Shown here one piece after another: positions 1 to 8,626 of a stretch of DNA of 26,775 bases. Below the pieces are notes generated by a model, which was not told the origin of the DNA, made no database searches, and worked only from the letters and a program-made list of their open reading frames with translations. Location: assembly GCF_004376175.1 (NCBI RefSeq), contig NZ_SNUY01000041.1, forward strand, positions 1-26,775, read 5' to 3'. The translations under genes and the position numbers were made by a program. The stretch comes from Halalkalibacterium halodurans. GTDB lineage: Bacteria > Bacillota > Bacilli > Bacillales > Bacillaceae_D. Positions within the stretch are counted from its first letter, which is position 1; every line of letters starts with the position of its first letter.

Positions 1-131
1 TCGCCCTTGATTGACCTCTGAATAAACCATTGGCGTGTTTGTCAAGAGCGATAGCGCGGCCTTTCCACCTAATAAATGGTAGGTAGTATGAACCGTGCTA
101 GTTTTTCATAGAACTTTTGACACTACCGTTT

Positions 132-149
132 TGAATGAATATTCATTCA
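132..149. promoter_or_regulatory. Perfect 18-bp palindrome TGAATGAAT/ATTCATTCA, a candidate repressor operator next to a consensus -35 hexamer (TTGACA, 117-122)
   Basis: Read directly: positions 132-149 pair perfectly (9+9, no spacer). It lies in non-coding DNA about 170 nt upstream of the TetR start. Function is inferred only. Confidence 0.3.
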
Positions 150-226
150 TAATCTATTCTCCATCAACCGGCAAATATCCTTCCCGTTTAATGAAAAAGT
201 AAATTGTGAACATTCGATGGCAAATG

Positions 227-255
227 TTGAATTAGGTCAACATTTTTTGTATCAT
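227..255 (+). promoter_or_regulatory. SigmaA-type promoter candidate for the TetR-yhgE pair
   Basis: TTGAAT (227-232), 17 nt, TATCAT (250-255). Nearby half-sites GGTCAA (235-240), TTGACC (268-273) and TGGTCA (286-291, giving TGACCA-N11-TGGTCA) could be a TetR operator. Confidence 0.4.
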
Positions 256-316
256 GTGTAAAGAGAATTGACCATTTTGTTCATTTGGTCATTTTTAAGC
301 AAAGGAGCGCATAAAG

Positions 317-898
317 ATGGTTAAAAACAAACGAAATCAGATATTGGAAGCTGCCTCTCGTTCATTTTCATTATTTGGCTACAAAGGAACGACCATCGAC
401 CAAGTGGCAAAAATGGCAGATGTAGGGAAAGGGACGGTTTATACCGCATTCGAAAATAAAGAATATTTATTTCATGCCGTGCTTCAGCGTGTCATCGATG
501 AGCTAAAAGCCGTTTTTGCTGAGGCTATTAAAGAAGATCAGGATGGATTTGAAAACATCACTTCCGCACTTGATGAACTTCATACGTTCAAAGAAAAACA
601 TCAACTCGTCGCGAAGCTGGCAGATGAAGTAAGAGTACTAGGTTCAGAAAGTGCGAACAAAGCGTTGCAGCAGGTCGAATACGCCATGATTGATTTAGTC
701 AAACAACTGCTCATAAAGGCGGAGAGAAACGGTAAAATTCATTGTCCAAACCCGCAAGCAACTGCATTTCTCTTGTACAAATCCTACCTATCGCTCGTTA
801 CAGAATTTGAAGAGAATTATGCACCGTTAGAGAAAGAGGAATTGATTGACATCTTTAAGCTTCATTTTATGCACGGAATTACAAAGGACGAGGCTTAG
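317..898 (+). CDS. TetR/AcrR-family transcriptional regulator (YhgD-like, paired with yhgE)
   Basis: The N-terminal TetR HTH signature reads ILEAASRSFSLFGYKGTTIDQVAKMADVGKGTVYTAFENKEYLF. SD AAAGGAG lies 9 nt before the ATG. The gene sits 25 nt upstream of the YhgE/Pip gene, as in the B. subtilis yhgD-yhgE pair. Confidence 0.9.
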   Translation: MVKNKRNQILEAASRSFSLFGYKGTTIDQVAKMADVGKGTVYTAFENKEYLFHAVLQRVIDELKAVFAEAIKEDQDGFENITSALDELHTFKEKHQLVAKLADEVRVLGSESANKALQQVEYAMIDLVKQLLIKAERNGKIHCPNPQATAFLLYKSYLSLVTEFEENYAPLEKEELIDIFKLHFMHGITKDEA

Positions 899-923
899 AC
901 GCTAGAATGGTTGAGGTGAAACG

Positions 924-3395
924 ATGAATCCATATATTGGAGAACTGAAAGGGATTTGGAACAATAAAAAATTGACGATCGCCTTGATTGGAATCGTGGT
1001 CATGCCACTCCTTTATGGCGGTCTTCTTATTTGGTCTTTTTGGGATCCATATTCACAAATGGACCAGCTTCCAGTAGCGATCGTCAATGAAGATCGTGGC
1101 GCAGAAATGGACGGGGAAATGATCCGAGCAGGTGACGACTTTGTGGAGGAGTTAAAGAAAGACCCGCCCCTTGACTTCCATTTTGTTACAAAGCAAGAGG
1201 CGAAACAAGGTATGGAGGACTTCTCTTACTATTTCTATGTCGAGATTCCGGAAGACTTTTCTGAAAACCTTGTTTCTGTAAAAGAAAAAGAACCTGTACA
1301 GGCCGTTATTACTTACGAAATCAATGAAGATTACAATTATGTATCTTCCCAAATTGCGACAAAAGCAATTGAAGAAATGGAAAAAGAATTGTCCGATACG
1401 TTGACATTAACGTATATCGAAATTGCAAATGATGCCTTCAGTGAGCTGACAAGTGCCGTCCTTGCTCTCCATGAAGGCTCCGATGAACTTGCAGATGGGA
1501 ACGAACGTGCAGCTAATCATATGGAAACGTTAGCCAACGGCTTGCAGGAGTTAACGAACGGAGCTGAATCTCTGGCAAAAGGAATAGATGAAGCAAAAGA
1601 GGGAACCGGCCAATTTCGTTCGCAGTTCGAACAGCTTCAACAGGCCCTAGAGCAAACAACAAGTGACCTTGACATCGACAACATGTTTCGTGAAGCTCTT
1701 GAACTTACGAGGAATGGAATCATGTTGCTTGAAAGTGAGAAATATGATCGGGCAGCAGATGTGTTTGATGAGCTTGATCAGAAGTTGACCGCCATCAACC
1801 AACAGCTTTCAGATGCAGAAAAAGCAGCCACTCAATTAGAACAAGAAATCCAAAACATCCAAGAAATGATCGAGAATTTACAGCAATCAAATGAAGGGAT
1901 GACAGCCTCCTTTCAAGCAGATGAAAATGGCATCAATCAAAGCTTTGAACAGGTTAGTTCAAATATGAGTGAGACCTTACAATCACTTGAGCGATTCGAT
2001 GAGCAACTAGAGACATCCGAGCAAGAGATCGCCCACCTGTCCCATAGTGTCGATACGCTCCCTGGGATTATGGAAAACGTCGATCCACGCTGGAAGGATA
2101 ACGATGATCTCGTGCAATGGTATGACGATTTAGCATCAACAACGGCTAAGCTAAGCGAGTTAAATGATGACTTTCATGCCGCCGTTGATAGCCAAGAGCA
2201 ATTGCCACATGCAATGAATCAATTAAATAAAAGCGAACAAGAAATCTTAACAACTTTAGAGCAGCTTGAGGAAAACGTACAACAATTTCAGCAAACCACT
2301 GGAGACCTAGATGACACCTTGGTCACCGCCACGAATGAACTGCTCAAGCCGTTAGCTGATATTCAACAATTGCTCCAAACGATGCAAGAAACCCTTCCGA
2401 GTTCACTTCCTGACCAGACGGATTCCTTCCGTGAAGGAAAAGAGCAATTGTTAGAATCACTTTATCATGTAGAGCAAGGGTTAGAGCGCGGAGAGACTCT
2501 CTACCTTGAAGTGTTAACGGCTCAAGATAAAGCTTATGAAGGGATAGTGGCTCTGGATGAAGGACTGAAACAGTTGTCTGACGGTTCTCACCTTTTAGCA
2601 ACAAAACTAGCTGAGGCTTCAGATGGAAGTCATGAGTTATTAGAAGGGTTGCGAAGTTTAAAAGACGGCGCTCGAAATCTGGAAGTAAATTTACAGAAAT
2701 TAAAAGATGTCCTTTTTGATGTAGATCCAAATGCCTCACAGGAAAAGATGGTCGCCAATCCCATTGTTTCAAATTCAAAAAATACCGGAGACGGACACTC
2801 CTACGGTGAGGGGCTTACCCCTTATTTCTTATCAATTGGTTTGTATGTTGGGGGTCTCACGTTATCCATTATTTATCCGTTCCGAGAGCCACTTGCGCCG
2901 CATGCTAATGGGCGTCAATGGTTTATCGGAAAGCTCGGCGTCATCTATACCGTCGGAACGTTACAATCCGTCCTCATTCTCCTGTTCTTGTTCTTTGGCA
3001 TCGGATTAGAGGTCAAACATCCATTGCTGTTCGTTCCGTTTACCATTTTCACGAGCCTCACTTTTTTAACGCTGATCTTTTTGCTTGTCGGCGTTCTTGA
3101 TAACCCTGGACGGTTTGTTGCGATCATTCTGCTGATCCTTCAGCTTGGTGGAAGTGCTGGTAGCTTTCCCGTGGAGTTGCTCGCATCCCCACTTCAAACG
3201 TTGCACGGCTGGTTACCAATGACTTATTCAGTGCTAGGGTTCCGCTCGGTTCTGTTTATGAATTCACCTAGCCTGTTATCATCAAGTCTATGGTTTATGG
3301 GGATTCTTTTGATCCTTTGCTTTGCGGGTGCTCTTTTCTTCTACATGAAGCTATACCCTAAATGGTGTGAGCCTCATGTCGATCGAAACATGTAA
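924..3395 (+). CDS. yhgE: YhgE/Pip-domain membrane protein (phage infection protein family)
   Basis: The protein has an N-terminal TM helix followed by LPVAIVNED. LxxG heptad repeats occur twice (LADGNER..LANGLQE LTNGAES LAKGIDE, and LSDGSHL..LLEGLRS LKDGARN). A long Q/E/D-rich coiled-coil segment separates them, and the C-terminus is a multi-TM ABC-2-like block. SD GAGGTG lies 5 nt before the ATG. Confidence 0.9.
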   Translation: MNPYIGELKGIWNNKKLTIALIGIVVMPLLYGGLLIWSFWDPYSQMDQLPVAIVNEDRGAEMDGEMIRAGDDFVEELKKDPPLDFHFVTKQEAKQGMEDFSYYFYVEIPEDFSENLVSVKEKEPVQAVITYEINEDYNYVSSQIATKAIEEMEKELSDTLTLTYIEIANDAFSELTSAVLALHEGSDELADGNERAANHMETLANGLQELTNGAESLAKGIDEAKEGTGQFRSQFEQLQQALEQTTSDLDIDNMFREALELTRNGIMLLESEKYDRAADVFDELDQKLTAINQQLSDAEKAATQLEQEIQNIQEMIENLQQSNEGMTASFQADENGINQSFEQVSSNMSETLQSLERFDEQLETSEQEIAHLSHSVDTLPGIMENVDPRWKDNDDLVQWYDDLASTTAKLSELNDDFHAAVDSQEQLPHAMNQLNKSEQEILTTLEQLEENVQQFQQTTGDLDDTLVTATNELLKPLADIQQLLQTMQETLPSSLPDQTDSFREGKEQLLESLYHVEQGLERGETLYLEVLTAQDKAYEGIVALDEGLKQLSDGSHLLATKLAEASDGSHELLEGLRSLKDGARNLEVNLQKLKDVLFDVDPNASQEKMVANPIVSNSKNTGDGHSYGEGLTPYFLSIGLYVGGLTLSIIYPFREPLAPHANGRQWFIGKLGVIYTVGTLQSVLILLFLFFGIGLEVKHPLLFVPFTIFTSLTFLTLIFLLVGVLDNPGRFVAIILLILQLGGSAGSFPVELLASPLQTLHGWLPMTYSVLGFRSVLFMNSPSLLSSSLWFMGILLILCFAGALFFYMKLYPKWCEPHVDRNM

Positions 3396-3397
3396 AA

Positions 3398-3432
3398 AAC
3401 AAACCACCTGTTTTTACCACAGGTGGTTTGTT
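3398..3432. terminator. 13-bp stem hairpin shared by convergent genes; a Rho-independent terminator for the minus-strand 58-aa ORF and probable stop for yhgE
   Basis: AACAAACCACCTG (3398-3410), 9-nt loop, CAGGTGGTTTGTT (3420-3432). The A-run at 3394-3399 gives a U-tract on the minus strand. There is no U-tract on the plus strand. Confidence 0.7.
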
Positions 3433-3608
3433 CATGCTTGCTCCTTCCCCATTAAGCGTTTGACGGCTTCTTTCGGCTCCCAGCAAGAAAATTGATACGC
3501 CGGCTTCGTCTCATAACCTAGTCGAATGCATCGGTAAACCATTCCATTATTAACTTTCTCTGCTTCGAAATGAACGCACGTTGCGCAGCAATGGAAGTTC
3601 TTCACCAT
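3432..3608 (-). CDS. Small Cys-rich hypothetical protein, 58 aa (MVKNFHCCATCVHFEAEKVNNGMVYRCIRLGYETKPAYQFSCWEPKEAVKRLMGKEQA), absent from the ORF track because it is under 60 aa
   Basis: Translated by hand from the minus strand. SD GGGAGGGGAG lies 5 nt before the ATG at 3608. The TGA stop (3432-3434) is at the foot of the terminator hairpin. The protein has five Cys, including a CCxxC motif. Confidence 0.6.
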   Translation of the reverse strand: MVKNFHCCATCVHFEAEKVNNGMVYRCIRLGYETKPAYQFSCWEPKEAVKRLMGKEQA

Positions 3609-3701
3609 TCGCTCTCCCCTCCCAACGTGTTCCCTCCACTCTCCTTTTCTTTAGTACACGAGTAAAACGTCTCTGATTCACCTTTTCTATAGACCTACAA
3701 T

Positions 3702-3739
3702 AGAACAAGAGTTGCTGTCAGATAAGCAACCCTTGTTCT
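3702..3739 (-). terminator. Hairpin immediately downstream of the 107-aa gene (terminator-like, no clear U-tract)
   Basis: AGAACAAGAGTTGCT, 8-nt loop, AGCAACCCTTGTTCT, with one mismatch in a 15-bp stem. Confidence 0.35.
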
Positions 3740-3745
3740 TACACG

Positions 3746-4069
3746 TTAATGATAAACAATTTGGTCAAGACTAAATCCGTTCGTTGCTAGGACCTCGCAT
3801 AATTGGTGGGCTTCTTGCTCATTTAAGCTTTGCCATTCATCATTCTCTGCTCGATCACATAAGAGAAATCGTCCGTACAATCCTTTGATTTCCTTTTGTC
3901 GGTTTACACGAACACCTTCCTTCGAGCAAATCAACGTGTAAGGCTTCCCTTCATAGTGAAACCGTAAAGACATCGCTTCTTCACCAACATGACGTAAAAC
4001 ATCCTTCACTCCGAACGGCAATTCCTCCACGATCGGTGCTTCCTTTGGGTGACATGTAATAACTCGCAA
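3746..4069 (-). CDS. Hypothetical protein, 107 aa (weak resemblance to DUF3846-type small proteins; not verifiable here)
   Basis: TTG start preceded by AAGGAGG at 7-nt spacing. It has its own promoter-like site and a downstream hairpin. I recognised no catalytic motif. Confidence 0.6.
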   Translation of the reverse strand: MRVITCHPKEAPIVEELPFGVKDVLRHVGEEAMSLRFHYEGKPYTLICSKEGVRVNRQKEIKGLYGRFLLCDRAENDEWQSLNEQEAHQLCEVLATNGFSLDQIVYH

Positions 4070-4121
4070 TGCTATGCCTCCTTAGGCAGATGTAATTGTA
4101 GTCTAGACCAGCGCAAAGGAG

Positions 4122-4150
4122 TTCATACAATACACTATGAAATTTTTCAA
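4122..4150 (-). promoter_or_regulatory. SigmaA-type promoter candidate for the 107-aa gene
   Basis: On the minus strand: TTGAAA (4145-4150), 17 nt, TATGAA (4122-4127). Confidence 0.4.
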
Positions 4151-4171
4151 ACGATCGTGTGTTCATCTACA

Positions 4172-5689
4172 CTAAAAATGATATAACCGCCGATATTTTT
4201 CATTTAAGTATTGAATAAGTGGTGCTGAATCAATACCTCCACCCGTAATATCTTGAATGATCTCTGTGGGCTTTTTCATTTTTCCATATTGATGGACTTT
4301 CTTTGTTAACCATTCCCGAATCGGGGCGTAATCTCCCGATTGAATGAGACGATCGAAGGATGGGATGTCTTTCAATATCGCTTCCTTCAATTGCGCTGAG
4401 TAAATATAACCTAGCGCATAGGAAGGAAAATAGCCAAACGCCCCAAAAGACCAGTGTACATCTTGTAAAACCCCTTCCCCATCATGAGATGGACGAAGAC
4501 CAAGATATTCTTCCATTTTTTCATTCCAAAGGCCAGGTAGGTCCTTCACTTCGATGGAGTTCTCAAACAGCCCTTTCTCTAACTCGTAACGCAAAATAAT
4601 ATGTAAGCAGTACGTTAACTCGTCTGCTTCAATCCGAATCAGCGAAGGCTTTGCTTGATTGACAGCAAAATAGAAATCGTCGAGAGATACGTTATCAAAT
4701 TGACCAGAAGCATGCTGTTTCAACAATTCATAGTTCCGTTGCCAAAATCCGTAATGCTTACCGACAAACTTTTCCCAAAAGAGGGATTGTGATTCGTGTA
4801 TTCCCATCGATGTTCCTGTGCAAAGGGGTGTGCCAATTAGCTCTTTTGAAATGTTTTGTTCATAGAGAGCGTGACCCCCTTCGTGGATCGTTCCAAACAA
4901 TGATACTCGGAAATCACGTTCGTTGTATTTAGTCGTCACCCGCACATCATTCGGGTTAATGCCAATCGCAAATGGATGAACGGTCTCATCGAGTCGACCA
5001 GCTTCAAAATCATACCCTATCTCACGTAAAACGGCTTCACTCAAAGCCTGTTGGTTCGCTTTCGGAAATCGTTCATATAAAACGTCGGCCTCCGGTTGTG
5101 TTGCTGATTCAGTGACGCCTTTCACCAATGGAATTAATTGATCACGAAGCGTGCCGAACACTTCGTCAATCGTATCAACGAACACGCCAGGCTCATAATC
5201 GTCCAGTAGCGTATTGTACGGATGTTTGTCGTAACCCCAATACCCAATAAAGCGCTTTTTAAACTCAACCAACTTTTCCAAATTAGGACGGAATGTTTCG
5301 AAATCTGCTTTTCCCTTCGCTTCCTCCCAAATGGATTCTGATTGGTTTTGAAGCACAACATACTCTTTATATTCTTCTTTCGGGATTTTAACGTTTCGTT
5401 CGTACTCTTTCGCACACTCTTCTACGGTTTTTCTCGTAATCTCTGAAAGTTCAGCTTGAACGCCTTCCTCTTGCAAGGCGTGTAAGTATTCGCCCATCTC
5501 TGTAGAAGTGGACATTTGAAACACTTCAGAGGAGAGGGTACCGATAACTTCCGATCGCTGCACAATTCCTTTTTTCGGGGCTCCTGTGCGAGAATCCCAA
5601 GCGAGCAAAGAGAGAGCTTGCTTATAGTCCTCGATTTTTTTGACCTGATTTAAAAAATCTTTCTCTAGCTGTTGAACAGATTGTGACAT
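4172..5689 (-). CDS. ypwA: Carboxypeptidase Taq-type (M32) metallocarboxypeptidase
   Basis: All M32 signature motifs are present: HPF (VHPFA), DxRxT (DVRVTT), HExxH (HEGGHALYE), HESQ (IHESQS), IRxxAD (IRIEADE) and GxxQDxHW (GVLQDVHWS). The track ORF extends to 5716, but AAGGTGG lies 7 nt before the ATG at 5689 (MSQSV...). Confidence 0.93.
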   Translation of the reverse strand: MSQSVQQLEKDFLNQVKKIEDYKQALSLLAWDSRTGAPKKGIVQRSEVIGTLSSEVFQMSTSTEMGEYLHALQEEGVQAELSEITRKTVEECAKEYERNVKIPKEEYKEYVVLQNQSESIWEEAKGKADFETFRPNLEKLVEFKKRFIGYWGYDKHPYNTLLDDYEPGVFVDTIDEVFGTLRDQLIPLVKGVTESATQPEADVLYERFPKANQQALSEAVLREIGYDFEAGRLDETVHPFAIGINPNDVRVTTKYNERDFRVSLFGTIHEGGHALYEQNISKELIGTPLCTGTSMGIHESQSLFWEKFVGKHYGFWQRNYELLKQHASGQFDNVSLDDFYFAVNQAKPSLIRIEADELTYCLHIILRYELEKGLFENSIEVKDLPGLWNEKMEEYLGLRPSHDGEGVLQDVHWSFGAFGYFPSYALGYIYSAQLKEAILKDIPSFDRLIQSGDYAPIREWLTKKVHQYGKMKKPTEIIQDITGGGIDSAPLIQYLNEKYRRLYHF

Positions 5690-5781
5690 TGTTTTCCACC
5701 TTTCCAAGTTGTCCATTACTTTATTACTTCATATATCTTTATTTCGGTTTACGAAAAGGAATTTCCTGCTGACTGCAAAAA

Positions 5782-5810
5782 TTTACGAGACTATTATTTT
5801 CATGTAAGAT
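5782..5810 (+). promoter_or_regulatory. SigmaA-type promoter candidate for the HesB-like gene
   Basis: TTTACG (5782-5787), 17 nt, TAAGAT (5805-5810). Confidence 0.4.
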
Positions 5811-5845
5811 ATAGGATAGCTATTTTTGAAATTGGAGGCCGTTGA

Positions 5846-6157
5846 ATGAAGTTAACCGTTACAGAGCAGGCAGCAAAACTTTACATCGAGGAAGTTCCGT
5901 TAAAAAAAGGAGAGCATTTACGTCTGTATGTACGAGTCGGCGGGGTGGGTTCAGGCGGCTTTTCCGTCGGTGTGATGAAAGATGTTCCAAATGAGCGATC
6001 GTATAAACAAATAATTGACGGCGTAACGTTTTTTGTGAACGAAGATGATTTTTGGTATTTTGATGGAATGACGATCGATTTTAATCCCGATACAGGTTTT
6101 TTACATGTTGATCATCCTGAGTTTACAAACACCGATCACCCAAATCGGAAAAAATAA
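5846..6157 (+). CDS. HesB/IscA-fold (YneR-like) iron-sulfur cluster biosynthesis family protein lacking all Cys ligands
   Basis: The pattern LRLYVRVGGVGSGGFSVGV...GVTFFV..DDFWYFDG is typical of the Fe-S_biosyn fold. The sequence contains no cysteine at all. SD GGAGG lies 7 nt before the ATG. Confidence 0.7.
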   Translation: MKLTVTEQAAKLYIEEVPLKKGEHLRLYVRVGGVGSGGFSVGVMKDVPNERSYKQIIDGVTFFVNEDDFWYFDGMTIDFNPDTGFLHVDHPEFTNTDHPNRKK

Positions 6158-6176
6158 TATATTTCTTATAAATGCG

Positions 6177-6215
6177 AATAATCCCGTAACACGTGAAGGG
6201 TGGTACGGGATTATT
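6177..6215. terminator. Bidirectional terminator hairpin between convergent genes
   Basis: AATAATCCCGTA (6177-6188), loop, TACGGGATTATT (6204-6215). T-rich sequence follows on the plus strand. Confidence 0.6.
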
Positions 6216-6223
6216 TAATGCTT

Positions 6224-6490
6224 TTAATCTCTTGCCTCGTCCAATTGATGAGACAATTTATCAATGAGCTCGCTGGAAAATTCAAAAAAAGCTTGATCCA
6301 CTCCTGTTTGATGGGAAAAGGCGTCATAGTATTGTTTTTTTGCATCTTCTAATGCTTGGGTTGCTGCTTGTAATTGCCCTTCATCCATCGATCTTGTCGC
6401 TTGTCCGACCATATGCTCTGCACTTTTAATCGCCATCTCAACTTGCTTTAATTCGTTGTAACCGTATCGTTCTTCGCTTGGCCTTGTCAT
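6224..6490 (-). CDS. Small helical hypothetical protein, 88 aa
   Basis: SD AAGGAGGG lies 10 nt before the ATG. The composition is helical and acidic. No motif recognised. Confidence 0.6.
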   Translation of the reverse strand: MTRPSEERYGYNELKQVEMAIKSAEHMVGQATRSMDEGQLQAATQALEDAKKQYYDAFSHQTGVDQAFFEFSSELIDKLSHQLDEARD

Positions 6491-6613
6491 GTAATGAATG
6501 CCCTCCTTGTTTCAATCATCCAGCCCTTAGTGTATTCTTGTCGGCCCTGTTCCATTCATGAGAAAATCAAGAAGATCCGCACCTTAAAAGAGATTCGTCA
6601 ACAATTTGTTGAT

Positions 6614-6653
6614 ACATAAAAATAAAAGCTTTCGGACCATCGTCCGAAAGCTT
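6614..6653 (-). terminator. Rho-independent terminator of the GNAT-BCAT-HAD gene string
   Basis: On the minus strand: AAGCTTTCGGAC, 4-nt loop, GTCCGAAAGCTT (6626-6653), followed by TTTATTTTTAT. The stem overlaps the HAD stop codon. Confidence 0.8.
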
Positions 6654-7461
6654 ATGCCATGTTGTTTTGCACGTTCAGTTTTTTTAATATGTCCAATAAT
6701 TGCTCTAAATGTTCGATTTCATATGTTGGTTCGACTTCACCCTGCTCTTTTTGTTCCCGATTGATCCAAACAGACTTTATCCCGACTCTTGACGCTCCGA
6801 GGATATCGGTCATTAGGTTATCACCGACCATGATTGCCTCATCTTTTGTAAGGGAGAGCAAGGACAACGCATGCTCAAAAATCGACGGGTCCGGTTTGCC
6901 GCGACCAAAGCCGCCAGAAATGACGATATGATCGAAATAAGGGACGAGTTCTGGTGTAATATCGAGCTTTGTTTGCTGCAGATGAGGTGATCCGTTCGTC
7001 AAAAGGAGCAATTGGTAGTTACCCTTTAATTGATCTAACACACGAAATGTTTCCTCAAAAACAAAGGGGTGTTTCTTTCGTTCTTCAGGAAAACGCTCAG
7101 CCAGCTCTTCTCCAAGCGCTTGGTCTTCGATTCCAAGCTTGGCCAATCCTTGTGTCCACGCATCCTTGCGATAGGTCGGAACGATCTCTTTCATTTTTCG
7201 AAAATGATCATTGTCATCTAAAAATTGTCCCCATAACCCTTCAAATGGGTTGATCCCGATCATCTGTGTGAATTCATACGTCTCATAGGAGGCATACAAT
7301 TCTCGTGCCACCTCGCGAACAGATTCCTCTAGTGCTTCTGGATCGAGCGATCGTTTGGTCGCTGCGTATTGACAAGTGGCAACAAACGCTTCTTTCACAC
7401 TTTTTTTATCCCATAACAACGTATCATCTAAGTCAAAAATGATTGCTTTTACCAAGATCAT
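6652..7461 (-). CDS. HAD-superfamily phosphatase/hydrolase
   Basis: HAD motif I is FDLDDTLL, motif II LLLTNG, motif III GRGKPDP, motif [11 protein letters not shown]. The ATG at 7461 follows GGAG; the track start at 7464 is a TTG one codon upstream. Confidence 0.9.
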   Translation of the reverse strand: MILVKAIIFDLDDTLLWDKKSVKEAFVATCQYAATKRSLDPEALEESVREVARELYASYETYEFTQMIGINPFEGLWGQFLDDNDHFRKMKEIVPTYRKDAWTQGLAKLGIEDQALGEELAERFPEERKKHPFVFEETFRVLDQLKGNYQLLLLTNGSPHLQQTKLDITPELVPYFDHIVISGGFGRGKPDPSIFEHALSLLSLTKDEAIMVGDNLMTDILGASRVGIKSVWINREQKEQGEVEPTYEIEHLEQLLDILKKLNVQNNMA

Positions 7462-7468
7462 CAAACTC

Positions 7469-8545
7469 CTATTCGTTCACTTCTCGGTTCCAATTAAACG
7501 GATCAGGTAGCTGACCGCGTTGAATACCTGTCAACGTATCGTACAACTTTTTCGATAACTCGCCAATACGTTTATCATTAATCACCATCTGATGCTCTTT
7601 CCAATTAAGCTGGCCAATCGGCGAAACAACAGCGGCGGTTCCTGTACCAAAAGCTTCCTCAAGCTTCCCTTTTTCGTAGGCTGCAAACAATTCTTCCATC
7701 GAGATTTTACGTTCCGCAACAGGATAGCCCCAATCACGAAGCAGTTCGATGATCGACATACGCGTGACACCCTCTAAAATGCTTCCGTTTAAAATTGGCG
7801 TCACAATTTCACCATCAATTTTAAAGAAAACGTTCATGCTGCCAACTTCTTCAATGTACTTTTTCTCAATCCCATCAAGCCACATTACTTGTGCATATCC
7901 TTTTTCCGCCGCTTTTTCTTGAGCGATGTACGAAGCTGAATAATTTCCTCCGGTCTTGGCCGTTCCTGTTCCTCCGCGCACGGCTCTCGTAAACTCATCT
8001 TCTACGTAGATGTTTACAGGTTGAATGCCTTCTTTATAATAGGAACCAACCGGTGACAAAATAATCATAAAGGTGTATTCGGTTGACGGAACCGCTGATA
8101 AGTTGATTTCATTCGCAAAGACGAACGGACGAATATAAAGCGAGGTACCTTCAGCGGACGGAACCCAATCGCGATCAACTTGGAGAAGCTTCACTAAATA
8201 GTCGATGGCTGCCTCTTCTGGAATTTGCGGGATGCTAATACGATGACAGGAGCGATTCAAACGCTGGATGTTTTTTTCTGGGCGAAACAACAAAATGCGA
8301 TCATCGTTTGTACGATAAGCCTTCAACCCTTCAAACACCGTTTGTCCATAATGGAACACCATCGCGGCGGGATCAAGTGTAATCGATCCGTATGGGACAA
8401 TTCTTGGGTCGTGCCACCCTTTTTCCTCTGTATAATCCATCACAAACATGTGATCGGTAAATACTTTTCCAAAACTCAGCTGCTCTGGATCTGGTTTTTG
8501 CTTTGGATTACTTGATCGTTCGATCCGAAGCCCCGTATCAATCAT
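7469..8545 (-). CDS. ilvE: Branched-chain amino acid aminotransferase (class IV PLP enzyme)
   Basis: FTDHMF, YIRPF, the ExGxxNxF motif ([10 protein letters not shown]) and LEGVTR are present. GAGGAGAG lies 6 nt before the ATG at 8545, so the 24-codon upstream extension in the track is probably not translated. Confidence 0.92.
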   Translation of the reverse strand: MIDTGLRIERSSNPKQKPDPEQLSFGKVFTDHMFVMDYTEEKGWHDPRIVPYGSITLDPAAMVFHYGQTVFEGLKAYRTNDDRILLFRPEKNIQRLNRSCHRISIPQIPEEAAIDYLVKLLQVDRDWVPSAEGTSLYIRPFVFANEINLSAVPSTEYTFMIILSPVGSYYKEGIQPVNIYVEDEFTRAVRGGTGTAKTGGNYSASYIAQEKAAEKGYAQVMWLDGIEKKYIEEVGSMNVFFKIDGEIVTPILNGSILEGVTRMSIIELLRDWGYPVAERKISMEELFAAYEKGKLEEAFGTGTAAVVSPIGQLNWKEHQMVINDKRIGELSKKLYDTLTGIQRGQLPDPFNWNREVNE

Positions 8546-8594
8546 CCGAATCTCTCCTCTTCTCTGAAAATTGTCTACTCTCGTGTATTCCATT

Positions 8595-8623
8595 ATTTTA
8601 AAATGTCCGCCTGACAATTACAA
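8595..8623 (-). promoter_or_regulatory. SigmaA-type promoter candidate internal to the cluster, upstream of the aminotransferase
   Basis: On the minus strand: TTGTAA (8618-8623), 17 nt, TAAAAT (8595-8600). Confidence 0.4.
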
Positions 8624-8626
8624 GTG

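Noticed and set aside
1-110. Possible 3' end of a plus-strand gene (…SPLIDL, stop at 19-21) or 5' end of a divergent minus-strand gene at the left edge.
   Set aside because: There is too little sequence to support either. No start codon with an SD could be placed.
3609-3700. Forespore-type (sigmaG/sigmaF-like) promoter TGAATC-N16-TGTACTA upstream of the 58-aa ORF.
   Set aside because: The match to the consensus and the spacing are only partial. It is not strong enough to call.
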